Assembly (NCBI GenBank): GCA_039915165.1
Contig: JBDSNU010000007.1
Location: 113,812-177,811 of the forward strand
Length of the DNA stretch: 64,000 nt
Origin: Minisyncoccota bacterium
Lineage (GTDB): Bacteria; Patescibacteriota; Minisyncoccia; Phycocordibacterales; UBA9973
Direction of reading: 5' to 3'
Position 1 is the stretch's first letter; each line of letters starts with the position of its first letter. A program made the position numbers and the translations under genes. The notes under the pieces were generated by a model. That model did no database searches. It was not told the DNA's origin and saw nothing but the letters and a program-made list of their open reading frames with translations. This document shows, in pieces, positions 50,717-61,355 of the stretch.

Positions 50717-51769
50717 ATGAAAAATTCAACAAAAACTCTTTTAGTTATTATTGCAGTAATCGCAATAGTAGTAATAACACTTTTTATTACACGAACTACT
50801 ACATCACCAAAAGCTGAAATTCTAACAGCTGAACAACCAACTTCAATTATTACAGGCTTTGCATGGCGATATGAAAAAGGCAGTAACGATGCTGATGGAT
50901 TGCCGCAAACGCAAATATTTTTAGACACAACACATACAGACGGAAAAGTAACTTCAATAAAAATTGATGAGGTTCAAGGCAGCTGTAATACTATTGACGC
51001 AGCAAAAGATGATAAGGATATTGTTTCTGGTACTACTAAAATCCAATGCTATGCAGCTGGCATGGGAGAATGGTACAAAATCGTCAAAGCAGAAAAAGCT
51101 TATGAAGTCCGCCGTAAGTATTTCGAGGAAACAAGTCCAGATATGACTCCTACCAACTATCAATACGAAACAATTGTCACTATTCCAAATAATGAGTCTG
51201 TAATTGCGGCACCTACAATATCGTCTGATAAAAAAGATATATTGAAAGATGGAAAAGTTTTATTGAGCGTTGATGATTCTGATATTTTTGAATATGTTAA
51301 AAAAGCAGAAAATGGGTTATGCGATAGTTCAAATATAAATACGACACCTACTCGAAAATCTTTTTGTACAAGTAAAACGACATTTAGAGCAGAAGCTTTT
51401 TTTACTAAAATAGTTGTATCTCCTACTAACAATGCAATTGGTTTTACTATACAAACTACCGAGCTATCACCCGACTCAGTTGCAGGTATTTTCCTCCGAT
51501 TAAATACAACGTATAAGGTACATCTATTAACTAACTATTATTTAGGAAACGATTTTTCTGCCTTTGCTCCATCAGGAAGTCGCTTTGCCTTTACAGAAAA
51601 ATGCTTCGAAGGAAATTGTGGTTTTACCATCATGACAACAAATACACTTACCTCTGTAAAACATTTCGGCAACTCAGAAACTGGGCCCAATTATGTATTT
51701 GTGAGATGGATTAATGATTCAACTATTGAATATAAGCTCGACGGTACGACAAAGCAAACTTCGATCTAG
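50717..51769 (+). CDS. Hypothetical membrane-anchored extracellular protein
   Basis: N-terminal TM, Cys pairs, propeller-like SP/APSG blades; TATAAT 6 nt before ATG. Confidence 0.65.
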   Translation: MKNSTKTLLVIIAVIAIVVITLFITRTTTSPKAEILTAEQPTSIITGFAWRYEKGSNDADGLPQTQIFLDTTHTDGKVTSIKIDEVQGSCNTIDAAKDDKDIVSGTTKIQCYAAGMGEWYKIVKAEKAYEVRRKYFEETSPDMTPTNYQYETIVTIPNNESVIAAPTISSDKKDILKDGKVLLSVDDSDIFEYVKKAENGLCDSSNINTTPTRKSFCTSKTTFRAEAFFTKIVVSPTNNAIGFTIQTTELSPDSVAGIFLRLNTTYKVHLLTNYYLGNDFSAFAPSGSRFAFTEKCFEGNCGFTIMTTNTLTSVKHFGNSETGPNYVFVRWINDSTIEYKLDGTTKQTSI

Positions 51770-51829
51770 AGCATTAGATTAATTGCTTTATTGCGGTACA
51801 ATGATGATATTACTTATAGCAATTACCAT

Positions 51830-52306
51830 ATGACCAACAAAGAATTTTTTATCGAAACACTAAAAGAAGAAGCGCCAAAATTTAAAAAGGTTATTGAAGC
51901 TTTGAATGAAGATGATCATTCATACAAAGTTCATGAGAAGTCTCGCGAAGCTGGCAATCTTGCTGGACAGCTAGCAATTCAATGGAAAGGTATTTCGGGC
52001 ATCGCAACAACTGGTCGCCCTAATTTTGATGTTCATGCGATGTCAGGCCAAACTAAAAGCGATATGCTTGAAAATTTTGATAGTGGTATAGAGCAGCTGT
52101 ATAAAGATCTCGAAAATATAACAGACGAAGAATGGGAAAACGGTGCCGCTGGCTTTAGTGAAGTAATGAACGAAAAGAAATATCACCTGGCATGGATATT
52201 CTTGTTTGATGCTATCCACCACCGCGGCCAACTTTCTACTTACCTTCGCGGCATGGGGGCAATCGTTCCTTCAATCTATGGACCTTCTGCTGACATGCAA
52301 AACTAG
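51830..52306 (+). CDS. DinB family protein
   Basis: IHHRGQLSTYLR.MG..VPSIYGPSAD. Confidence 0.88.
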   Translation: MTNKEFFIETLKEEAPKFKKVIEALNEDDHSYKVHEKSREAGNLAGQLAIQWKGISGIATTGRPNFDVHAMSGQTKSDMLENFDSGIEQLYKDLENITDEEWENGAAGFSEVMNEKKYHLAWIFLFDAIHHRGQLSTYLRGMGAIVPSIYGPSADMQN

Positions 52307-52377
52307 TCAAATATTGACTTTCCCCTTCTAATGCTTATGATTACGGAAAATCACATCCGTTAACTAAACAACTACAT

Positions 52378-52916
<539 letters not shown>

Positions 52917-52918
<2 letters not shown>

Positions 52919-52950
52919 AAGGCCTTTACATATTATTGTAAAGGCCTTTT
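52917..52950. terminator. Bidirectional terminator
   Basis: AAAAGGCCTTTACA-TATTAT-TGTAAAGGCCTTTT. Confidence 0.7.
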
Positions 52951-52956
52951 TACTTG

Positions 52957-53505
52957 CTAGGTGTGGTAAAAACTGATAGGAAATAAACTCATTATCTCAA
53001 ACATTTCTCCGTTTATTGTTTTAAGTCGTATGACATCAGTAATAAGATACTGCTCACTCGTCCTCTGGTTTTCTTTGTAGAAATAAATTATATCGCCGAC
53101 AAAGCCCCGATTAGCATTCACAAAAAATAAAAATGATAACGCATTGAGCATACTTAATGCATATTTTTGCACATGTGATAAATAATCTGCAGAATGTGAA
53201 ATAGTATTGCCAGTATCTCTTGCCAAGAGTCGGGCTTTTTGTTTTCTGTTAAAAAACAATGGCGCTTCTTTATCCCAGCAAAAAGCTAAGATAAAAAATC
53301 GGTCACACTCCTTAACGTCGAATACAAACCAGAACAATTGCATAAATTCTTCCTTTGTATCTTTATTTACCAATAGTACTTCTTGGCGAAATGTTAAGCG
53401 TGACTTAAGGTCCGCATTACTCTCATCTCTTAAGATATGAATAAAAGTTCTTGTTCCTTCTTTGTACAACGTAAACGTTTTATCAGGTATTACTATCTGT
53501 TCCAT
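52957..53505 (-). CDS. Hypothetical protein
   Basis: 182-aa ORF, no motif recognised. Confidence 0.5.
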   Translation of the reverse strand: MEQIVIPDKTFTLYKEGTRTFIHILRDESNADLKSRLTFRQEVLLVNKDTKEEFMQLFWFVFDVKECDRFFILAFCWDKEAPLFFNRKQKARLLARDTGNTISHSADYLSHVQKYALSMLNALSFLFFVNANRGFVGDIIYFYKENQRTSEQYLITDVIRLKTINGEMFEIMSLFPISFYHT

Positions 53506-53586
53506 ATGTATTGATTTAAATGATTTTCTTCATATTGCCTTATTTAAGCAATAAGTCAAATATAGAGAGGACAAAAAAAGCTGAGT

Positions 53587-54540
53587 TCAAAATCGAAACT
53601 CAGCTCCAGGTTTTTTTTGAAAGGTATCCCATCCTTTACCATACATTACTCGTGTGTCGTACTTTTTCTCAATCTCAAATGCTTTTTTAATCAACGTAGG
53701 ATCATTCTTGCCAGACCTAACTACAGTATCAACCCAGATCGAGAGACTGGTTCGAGCATTTTTTTCCACATGTGCAAAAGGGTGTTTAATTCCCTCTTCA
53801 AGTATTTCTACTGCTTCGGTAGAGGGAATGTGCCCACATGCTAACATAATAGCTTGTGGTACGGTCTTGTAATATTTTATCGATAAATAATTATCAGTAA
53901 AATCATGATAGTACTGCTCAAATTTCTTGCGAAGATTTTTACAATAAATCTCACCACTAGAAAATGCTTGTAAGCTGAACGCGATATCAATAATACGATA
54001 ACGATCATGCTCACAACCCAGGATTTCATTTACTACAGGATCGGCAATATTTTTTCTCATTGCCTGTAATGCAGAAGTTGCATGTCTACGAAGATTATGT
54101 GATTCGTCATACAAAGCAACCTCGCGCAGCTCAGGAACAGCATCACTATACCGACAGTCTTTAATAAAAGATATTAGTGAGTGTCGGTCACCCTCTAAGT
54201 AAAAAGTATTCATCCCCATAGAATCTTCTTCTTGGTCTTCCTCATCCAACCAAAACTCTTTGAATGCGGGAAGCCTATCATCAACAATTAACTTCTTAGC
54301 TACTGCCAAATCAAAAATATTGGTTTTTCTTAGTACGATTCTTTGTTCACGCAAATATGTTTCCACTGCATCATATTGATAAATGGGAAATGGTATTTCG
54401 CCATACATAGGATCATTTATGAAATATAGGTCTCCTTGCTTTTCAACAAAGGTATCGTCAAGCACTGATTTGTATCCATATAGATTGGGTGCTATTGAGA
54501 AAACCTTGTTCTCATATAGCATGGCGAATGGTTTTCTCAT
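53587..54540 (-). CDS. HEAT-repeat protein
   Basis: DAVPELREVALYDESHNLRRHATSAL; EAVEILEEGIKHPFAHVEKNA. Confidence 0.6.
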   Translation of the reverse strand: MRKPFAMLYENKVFSIAPNLYGYKSVLDDTFVEKQGDLYFINDPMYGEIPFPIYQYDAVETYLREQRIVLRKTNIFDLAVAKKLIVDDRLPAFKEFWLDEEDQEEDSMGMNTFYLEGDRHSLISFIKDCRYSDAVPELREVALYDESHNLRRHATSALQAMRKNIADPVVNEILGCEHDRYRIIDIAFSLQAFSSGEIYCKNLRKKFEQYYHDFTDNYLSIKYYKTVPQAIMLACGHIPSTEAVEILEEGIKHPFAHVEKNARTSLSIWVDTVVRSGKNDPTLIKKAFEIEKKYDTRVMYGKGWDTFQKKPGAEFRF

Positions 54541-54641
54541 TTTTCTTTTTTTCTGAATACTACTGTTTTTACGCAGCAAGTCAAACTAGTGCAATTTTGA
54601 CAAAGTTATAAAAAACACTAGTATGAAGAAAACGTAAAAAT

Positions 54642-55274
54642 ATGAAAACAATAAAAGTTATTATTGATGAAGATAATAGGGATTTTTTTAGACAGATCAA
54701 AGAAGCATGCGATGAATTGTCCCTACCTTCGTTCCCAACTTCTAGGGAGGAATACTCTGCGCTTGAATCTGGTTTGAAAGAATTTATTGGTGATGAGCAA
54801 GCACATACTATTCTGTACATTATTAACGTACGTGTAGTAAATGATAAAATCGACGATAGATTTTATACCTCGTATGCAAAAGGAAGAAAAACACTTTTTC
54901 TTTTTGGTCTAAGAAAAAATAAAAAGCGTTACATGGAACAAATTGTACAGTGGTGTGATGATCACCCCGAATGTTCTTTTACTGAAAAAGGCGCCTATAC
55001 CTTTCACTCTAATATCACTTCTAAAATCCGAAATATATTAAAGGCAAAGGTGGGATTTTTTATTTTAAATAGCAAACGATGCAGTGTTCCAACAAACGAT
55101 ACAATGTATGACTGTAATGATTGCTTGCAGAACAAAGTAGAGCACAAAATCATAACAATACCTGGACCTCCTTCTGAAGGTGGGCAAACTTCATATCGAG
55201 GCGAAGCTACTACACTCAGAGAATGTACAGGATGCGGCGCACAAGATGGTCCGTGGGTTATGGCGCAATGCTAA
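54642..55274 (+). CDS. Hypothetical protein with C-terminal zinc-ribbon-like motif
   Basis: CNDC...CTGC. Confidence 0.55.
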   Translation: MKTIKVIIDEDNRDFFRQIKEACDELSLPSFPTSREEYSALESGLKEFIGDEQAHTILYIINVRVVNDKIDDRFYTSYAKGRKTLFLFGLRKNKKRYMEQIVQWCDDHPECSFTEKGAYTFHSNITSKIRNILKAKVGFFILNSKRCSVPTNDTMYDCNDCLQNKVEHKIITIPGPPSEGGQTSYRGEATTLRECTGCGAQDGPWVMAQC

Positions 55275-55323
55275 TCTTAGCCGGTTACTGATAAAACAGT
55301 GGCCGGTTTTTAATTTTGAAACA

Positions 55324-56184
55324 TTAATTAAATCCCTGGAAATGAAGCACTTGTTGCAGCCAGTCCAATATAATTCTGCCGTCGTCATAGCGACTCTTAG
55401 AATGCAGGAAGACAACAGTTATATAATCAAACTTCCCTTCCCCGCTGGCAATGAAAACAAGATCTTGCCCGGCCAAATCAGTTACCCCCGTCTTACTAAG
55501 AATGATTGCAGAACTATATAAAGGATCACGATTGATTTTATTGGTAGTTTTCACATCGAGTTTCGTGCCGCTTTTTTGATCAGTAATCACTGCACTTTTT
55601 TCTTTGAGAATCTCAGTTAGCAAAGGATCTGTTCGATATATATCACTGAGTAAGTATGAAAGATTTTTTGGTGTTAAGCGATTAGGTAATTGTATTTTTG
55701 ATGTGGGATCAAGACCAGAAGGGTTAATAAAATTCTTTGTTGTATATCCCCCTGCATGAAGAAAGATATTCATAGTTGCCAAGAATTGCCCTGGAGCTGC
55801 TGATAATGCAAACTGATTGGCAACACCATTGTTGGAACTGATCAGCATCGAGCGAAGCAAATCATCCCTTGAGAACACCATCCCAGGCAAAATTCCACCA
55901 TTATCTTCTTGCGTATGGAGCAGTGCTGCTTCGGAAATAGTGAGCGTGCTGTTTTGTGGATATAAAAGTTCTACCGCTCGTGCACTAGCCAGCTTAGTAA
56001 TACTAGCAATAGGAAAAAGTGTGTTTTCTTTTTCACCATACAGCACGGTGGGTACACCGTTGTGCCAACCATAAATTGCGATTCCTTTTGCAGTCAGCGA
56101 AGCAAGGTTTACATTTACCGACTGTGCGATAGTGTATGAAGGCATTAGTAGAAAAAGTACAATGAGAATGAGTCTGTATTTCAT
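55324..56184 (-). CDS. D-Ala-D-Ala carboxypeptidase (S11)
   Basis: ASITK (SxxK), SSN, NPSGL, KTG. Confidence 0.85.
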   Translation of the reverse strand: MKYRLILIVLFLLMPSYTIAQSVNVNLASLTAKGIAIYGWHNGVPTVLYGEKENTLFPIASITKLASARAVELLYPQNSTLTISEAALLHTQEDNGGILPGMVFSRDDLLRSMLISSNNGVANQFALSAAPGQFLATMNIFLHAGGYTTKNFINPSGLDPTSKIQLPNRLTPKNLSYLLSDIYRTDPLLTEILKEKSAVITDQKSGTKLDVKTTNKINRDPLYSSAIILSKTGVTDLAGQDLVFIASGEGKFDYITVVFLHSKSRYDDGRIILDWLQQVLHFQGFN

Positions 56185-56202
56185 ATTTCAATCATACCAG
56201 TT

Positions 56203-57198
56203 TTATTCAAAGTTCCACCACTCTTTATTCTTTATTTCTTTGCCCAGCGTATATACCTCTCCCAACATCGGAGTAACAACCTGATAATTTTTATCCGGTG
56301 CCACAGCCATAAGTCGTTTGATCGGATCGTTCCATGCATGAACTGACAATACAAACTTCCCCCAATGAACTGGGAGCAATACTGTTGTTTTTAGATCAGT
56401 CGCAGCCTGTGCAGTTTGTTCTGGAAACATATGAATCTCGGGCCAGTTTTTGTTGTACTGTCCACACTCAATAAATGCCATATCAAATGGGCCGTGTGTA
56501 TTGCCAATTATTTTAAACTGTTTGTCATATCCAGAATCGCCACCGATAAAAATTTTGACACCATTCAATTCTAAAACAAATGAAGACCACAGTGTCTTGC
56601 CTCGTGTTAAAAATCTGCCAGAAAAATGCCGAGCAGGAAATGCGGTTACTGTTACCGTACTATTCAGCGCAGAAGATTGATGCCAATCAAGCGCAGTAAT
56701 GATCGAACTATCGAATCCCCAATAGTTCAAGTGGGACTGTACCCCTGCAGAAGTAATAATATTTTTAATCTTCCCTTTCAATGCCAGCACTGTCTCATAA
56801 CTTAAATGGTCATAGTGATCGTGTGTGATGATAAGCAAATCAATTTCAGGAAAATCCTCAGGAGTATAAATAGTAGTGCCAGTAAAACCATGCCCAATAA
56901 ATGATACAGGTGAAGCGGGTCCGAACAATACAGGATCAACCAATACCTTGAAGCCTTTATGAGAGATCAAATAACTCGAGTGACCAAACCATACTACTAC
57001 AGGCTCGTCATCAACAAGGTGATGCAAGTCTGCCTTATCAGTTACAAACTGTCTTGAGGGTTTTGTTAATTTAGAAGCATTTACATATGCCTTAATCAGA
57101 TCAAAAAATGAAACATCTTTTGGCATTACTGCTGTCGGTTCAATATTTTCATATCTCTTCCCTCCTCTTGGTGCCTTACCCAACTTTGTAATAATCAT
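56203..57198 (-). CDS. MBL-fold hydrolase (RomA/NAPE-PLD-like)
   Basis: WFGHSS, THDHYDHL, PARHFSGR, GDSGY, ECGQYN, PVHW. Confidence 0.88.
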   Translation of the reverse strand: MIITKLGKAPRGGKRYENIEPTAVMPKDVSFFDLIKAYVNASKLTKPSRQFVTDKADLHHLVDDEPVVVWFGHSSYLISHKGFKVLVDPVLFGPASPVSFIGHGFTGTTIYTPEDFPEIDLLIITHDHYDHLSYETVLALKGKIKNIITSAGVQSHLNYWGFDSSIITALDWHQSSALNSTVTVTAFPARHFSGRFLTRGKTLWSSFVLELNGVKIFIGGDSGYDKQFKIIGNTHGPFDMAFIECGQYNKNWPEIHMFPEQTAQAATDLKTTVLLPVHWGKFVLSVHAWNDPIKRLMAVAPDKNYQVVTPMLGEVYTLGKEIKNKEWWNFE

Positions 57199-57277
57199 CC
57201 TTATAGAATAGCAGAATATAAGGTGACGAGCGACAATAGAAAAGAGCATAGTTAATTATTAACTACGCTCTTTGTTT

Positions 57278-58456
57278 TTAATGAAACACTTTTTTACTAC
57301 TAAATACGACACCGAAGTTGGCATAATGGGACTGCCCGCCATGCCAGTACACTTTTGTATTAAGCGCAAGCCATGGCAACACATGGTACTTTATGCCTCC
57401 AGTCCAATAGCCGTGTTCGGCTAATAAGGAATTGAAATGCACATAGCGTCCATACGTACCTGTAACAGCAAATCGTCCCAACCATATATCAACACCTGCA
57501 CTGAGCCCCACACTGAAGTGGTCGTAAGATGAAAATGATGATTGGTATGTATTAAGGAAGTTATCATACGTGAAAGGATGGGTGTAATACACCACATCAC
57601 TTCCCGCCTTTAATCCTATAACAGGATTAAGTCGATAATTATATCCAGCATACATACCGATCTGATATAAATTGGATCGGGTCTTGCGTACAATACCGGT
57701 AGTATCGTAATAAAACCATTGGCCGGGTATAGCAGGGTTTTTGAATATCCCCGTTTTTACCACGTCACGACGTCCTGCACCAATACCAAATTCAAAAGAG
57801 TGTCTTGTAACACTATCTTGTGAATGATGGATATGTGTTGGACCTTTACTGGAAAATTGTTGCACAACACCGAGTGTTGCTAACAAAGTGTTAATGCCAT
57901 TATTGGGCATCTGAGTGCACGCATTAGAGTAATGTTGAACATTTACGCCGAATTGCAGCGATGTTGAGGGTCCAATTGATGTTTCCATTTTTGCCCCCAA
58001 CTGCAATACGGCATTCACATGACTGCCAAAAACAAAGTTCTTGTTTGTATAAAATGTTTGCGTAACATATGCCAATCCCAATCCTGGAGATATTAATAAT
58101 CGAGTACTTCCGCTATTCCATAATGAAATGTTCAAGCGACTACTCAGACTATACATATTGCCAATGATCCCTTTCGTTGACTGAACGCCATTACGAGTAA
58201 GATTTTGCACATCGATATACGTTGCGGCAATACTTACACTTTTTACATGCAACATACGAACCCAATCAGCATCATAGTGTGCCATACTGATTTGATAGCT
58301 ACCCTCTATCCCATAAAAATTTCCTTTCAACTTCTCTTGAGATGCCGTAGAAATGTTTATGCCAGCTATAGGCGTTATCGCAATACTATTATTATCTTGA
58401 GCGGCACAATTCTGAACAACAAATAAACTACTGAGAAGTACAATTATTAGTTTCAT
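57278..58456 (-). CDS. Acyloxyacyl hydrolase / PagL-like beta-barrel protein
   Basis: Signal peptide; amphipathic beta strands; HYSNA..MPNNGIN PagL-type motif. Confidence 0.7.
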   Translation of the reverse strand: MKLIIVLLSSLFVVQNCAAQDNNSIAITPIAGINISTASQEKLKGNFYGIEGSYQISMAHYDADWVRMLHVKSVSIAATYIDVQNLTRNGVQSTKGIIGNMYSLSSRLNISLWNSGSTRLLISPGLGLAYVTQTFYTNKNFVFGSHVNAVLQLGAKMETSIGPSTSLQFGVNVQHYSNACTQMPNNGINTLLATLGVVQQFSSKGPTHIHHSQDSVTRHSFEFGIGAGRRDVVKTGIFKNPAIPGQWFYYDTTGIVRKTRSNLYQIGMYAGYNYRLNPVIGLKAGSDVVYYTHPFTYDNFLNTYQSSFSSYDHFSVGLSAGVDIWLGRFAVTGTYGRYVHFNSLLAEHGYWTGGIKYHVLPWLALNTKVYWHGGQSHYANFGVVFSSKKVFH

Positions 58457-58582
58457 ATTTAGTGATTTAATTTTGTGAAAGATCTATTTATTACTTTGTT
58501 ATTACCATATATTTGACATAAAGTCAATATTCTCGTCTTAATACTCTGTACATTTTATAAAAAATATGTATAATTATAAATT

Positions 58583-59818
58583 ATGTCGAAAACACCTACA
58601 ATACGAGTGCTATTTAATGACGCGCATGTCAACATGCCCGGCAGTAAGCAAATTCCTCAAGGTGGGCCTGCACGTTTTGCACAAAACTTTTCTCATTATT
58701 TTGCTGCACATTCAAAAAACATTAGTCTTATCTCAATACTCTTCACTCATGACGAACTAGCAAAAAGTGTGTCTTTTCGAAAAACCACAGCCGCATCACA
58801 TGACTATTATGAAGTGACATACCATAGTGCATCTCTCAGTAATACATTTAAAAATGATTATTCAAAAGCTTCATATATTGATATTCTTTCCCCGTGGATA
58901 AAACAGATCGATGCTATTTTTGACATTGCTCAACCAACAATTGTTTTCCTAAATGGCTTTAGTCTTACAAACTGGATGATTATGGAAGTTGCACATCGCC
59001 GTGGGGTTACAGTATGTACACAACATGCCGGCATTTGGAAAAAAGAACTAGAGGTTGGTAAAGATCGTTTTTCATCATCAGTGCGCACTATTTTTGTTGG
59101 TTTCGAAAAAGAAATTATATCTAAATCTAACCATCTCATATTTCTAAATGATCATAGTCGAAGTACTTTTTTTGCAGTTCATACTATCAAAAAAACTCCG
59201 CTATTATTTGCAAAAACTTCTATCATCCCCCTCCCTCTAGATACTCGTGGTAGCAGGGAAATTTCTCTATCAAAAAAGCCTTTCTATACAATTGGCATGG
59301 TGGCACGGTGGGATAGTATAAAAAATCATGCTGCAATTGCCCGTGTTGCAACATATGTACATAAAAAACAATTGCCATATTCTTTCCATATAGTAACTAA
59401 ATGGGCCAATGGTGTAGTTTCAAACTTTAAAGAAAAATACCAACAACTAGTGACCATTGTTACGCCAATGCAGCCGGATGAATTAAAAAATTTTTATATT
59501 TCCAAAGATATCTTCATCCTACCTTCAAAATTTGAAACATGTGGATCTGTTGTTATGGAAGCAATCCTGTATGGCAAACCGGTAATAATTTCAGACCAAG
59601 TAGGGTGGGTGACGGAGTACAGAAAATTTAAACTGAGTAAGTTGATCATCCCCCCTTCTGCTAGTGGAGAAAAAATTGCAAACACTATTAGTGAATTAAT
59701 AAAAAATAAGGAATTATATATTTCACGTCTTACGCAACTACAAAAACATATCGCGAAAGAGCATTCTCTTCCAGTTGTATTTAAACAGTATTATCAAGTA
59801 TTTAAAAAACTTTCATAA
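58583..59818 (+). CDS. Glycosyltransferase family 4
   Basis: GGPARF, ARWD.IKN, LPSKFETCGSVVMEA...GKPVI. Confidence 0.85.
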   Translation: MSKTPTIRVLFNDAHVNMPGSKQIPQGGPARFAQNFSHYFAAHSKNISLISILFTHDELAKSVSFRKTTAASHDYYEVTYHSASLSNTFKNDYSKASYIDILSPWIKQIDAIFDIAQPTIVFLNGFSLTNWMIMEVAHRRGVTVCTQHAGIWKKELEVGKDRFSSSVRTIFVGFEKEIISKSNHLIFLNDHSRSTFFAVHTIKKTPLLFAKTSIIPLPLDTRGSREISLSKKPFYTIGMVARWDSIKNHAAIARVATYVHKKQLPYSFHIVTKWANGVVSNFKEKYQQLVTIVTPMQPDELKNFYISKDIFILPSKFETCGSVVMEAILYGKPVIISDQVGWVTEYRKFKLSKLIIPPSASGEKIANTISELIKNKELYISRLTQLQKHIAKEHSLPVVFKQYYQVFKKLS

Positions 59819-59821
59819 CAT

Positions 59822-60898
59822 ATGACACCACGACACAAAAAACTTCATATTGCGCAAATTGCTCCACTTGGTAGCCCTGTTTCTTCACATCAAAATAAGG
59901 CTATTTATTCTCACATTGGACATCTGGTTGATGGCTTCGCTGCAAAAAAACACATGGTTACTTTGTATGGGGATCCTGCTTCTACTATTAATGGTGACGT
60001 GCGGAGCTCTGTATTCCATTATGATGCAGAGAGTAAGGCGGCAGTAGCTCGCTATGAACAATGGGGTTTGCTTTCTGATTGTTATCTCGACGCTCAACAA
60101 GGCGCTTTTGACATTATCCATAGTCATATGAATGTAATGACTGGATTTTTCTCACGATTGGAAAAGGAAATTCCTACATTGATTTCTATTCACTCGCCAC
60201 TTGAAAACTGGATGAAGCCAATTTTATTAAAACATAAAGATGAAAAATATATTTCATTCTCATTAGCACAGCGCAAACAGTTACCTGAACTCAATTGGTA
60301 TGCCAATATCTACCATGGCGTTGATACTGACCTTTTTGCGTTTGAAAAAGAACCCGAGGATTACGTATTATTTATTGGCAGGCTAACCCACGATAAAGGT
60401 GCTCATGTTGCGATTGCTGCTTGCAAAGAAGCGGGTATACAGTTAAAAATTGCTGGTCGTAGTTATGGCACAGAAACATATTGGCATAATATGATTGAAC
60501 CATTTATTAACGACAGCAGTATTAAATATTTGGGCGAAGTTTCTCTCCAAGAAAAAATCCCGCTTATTCAAAAAGCAAAAGCAATTGTTTTTCCTACATT
60601 TTATCCTGAAGCATTTGGATATGTACTTATTGAAGCAATGGCATGTGGTACTCCTGTTATCGCTTTCCCGAATGGATCAGTACCTGAAATTGTAAAGCAT
60701 GGAGTCACTGGGTTTCTAGTAAAAGACCAGGAAGAAATGGTGGGTGCATTAAAATTGATTGATACCATTGATCGCAAACAGGTACGCAATCGTGCTGAGC
60801 AATTCTTCAGTTTGAAGCGAATGCTGTCTCACTATGACAGTGTATATAATCGTATTATTGCTGATACAAAATTTAAGAAACGAAAGAAAGAGAAATAA
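59822..60898 (+). CDS. Glycosyltransferase family 4
   Basis: IYHGVD, IGRL..DKG, EAFGYVLIEAMACGTPVI. Confidence 0.92.
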   Translation: MTPRHKKLHIAQIAPLGSPVSSHQNKAIYSHIGHLVDGFAAKKHMVTLYGDPASTINGDVRSSVFHYDAESKAAVARYEQWGLLSDCYLDAQQGAFDIIHSHMNVMTGFFSRLEKEIPTLISIHSPLENWMKPILLKHKDEKYISFSLAQRKQLPELNWYANIYHGVDTDLFAFEKEPEDYVLFIGRLTHDKGAHVAIAACKEAGIQLKIAGRSYGTETYWHNMIEPFINDSSIKYLGEVSLQEKIPLIQKAKAIVFPTFYPEAFGYVLIEAMACGTPVIAFPNGSVPEIVKHGVTGFLVKDQEEMVGALKLIDTIDRKQVRNRAEQFFSLKRMLSHYDSVYNRIIADTKFKKRKKEK

Positions 60899-60936
60899 TA
60901 TTGTTATAAGCCTTATAAACGTGCTATAAAAGAATT

Positions 60937-61299
60937 ATGAAAAAATATAAAATAGCATTTTGGATCACGACAACTATTATTTTCTTATTCGAGAGTGTTG
61001 CTTCAGCACTGACTTTTCAATCACCTTTAGCAAGAGAAGGCATTGCTCACCTGGGCTATCCTCTGTATTTTGGTGCCCTCCTTATGGTATTCAAAGTAAT
61101 TGGAGGACTGGCATTAATGCTACCTCAAGTTACTAAGCGCCACAAAGAATGGGCATATGTGGGGTTTGGCATTGATTTCATTTGTGCTTTTGTAAGTTAT
61201 GCAGTAGTTGATGGAGTAACAAGTTCATTAATCCTTCCTATAATATTCATGGTAATACTCGCAATCTCATACACTTCTTATCACAAACTGAACGCGTAA
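60937..61299 (+). CDS. DoxX-like membrane protein
   Basis: HLGYPLYF, KEWAYVGF. Confidence 0.85.
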   Translation: MKKYKIAFWITTTIIFLFESVASALTFQSPLAREGIAHLGYPLYFGALLMVFKVIGGLALMLPQVTKRHKEWAYVGFGIDFICAFVSYAVVDGVTSSLILPIIFMVILAISYTSYHKLNA

Positions 61300-61355
61300 T
61301 AAAAAAGAGCTTCCAGCCGCCTTCGTAACTACGTCGCGCCAAGGAGGCTCTTTTT

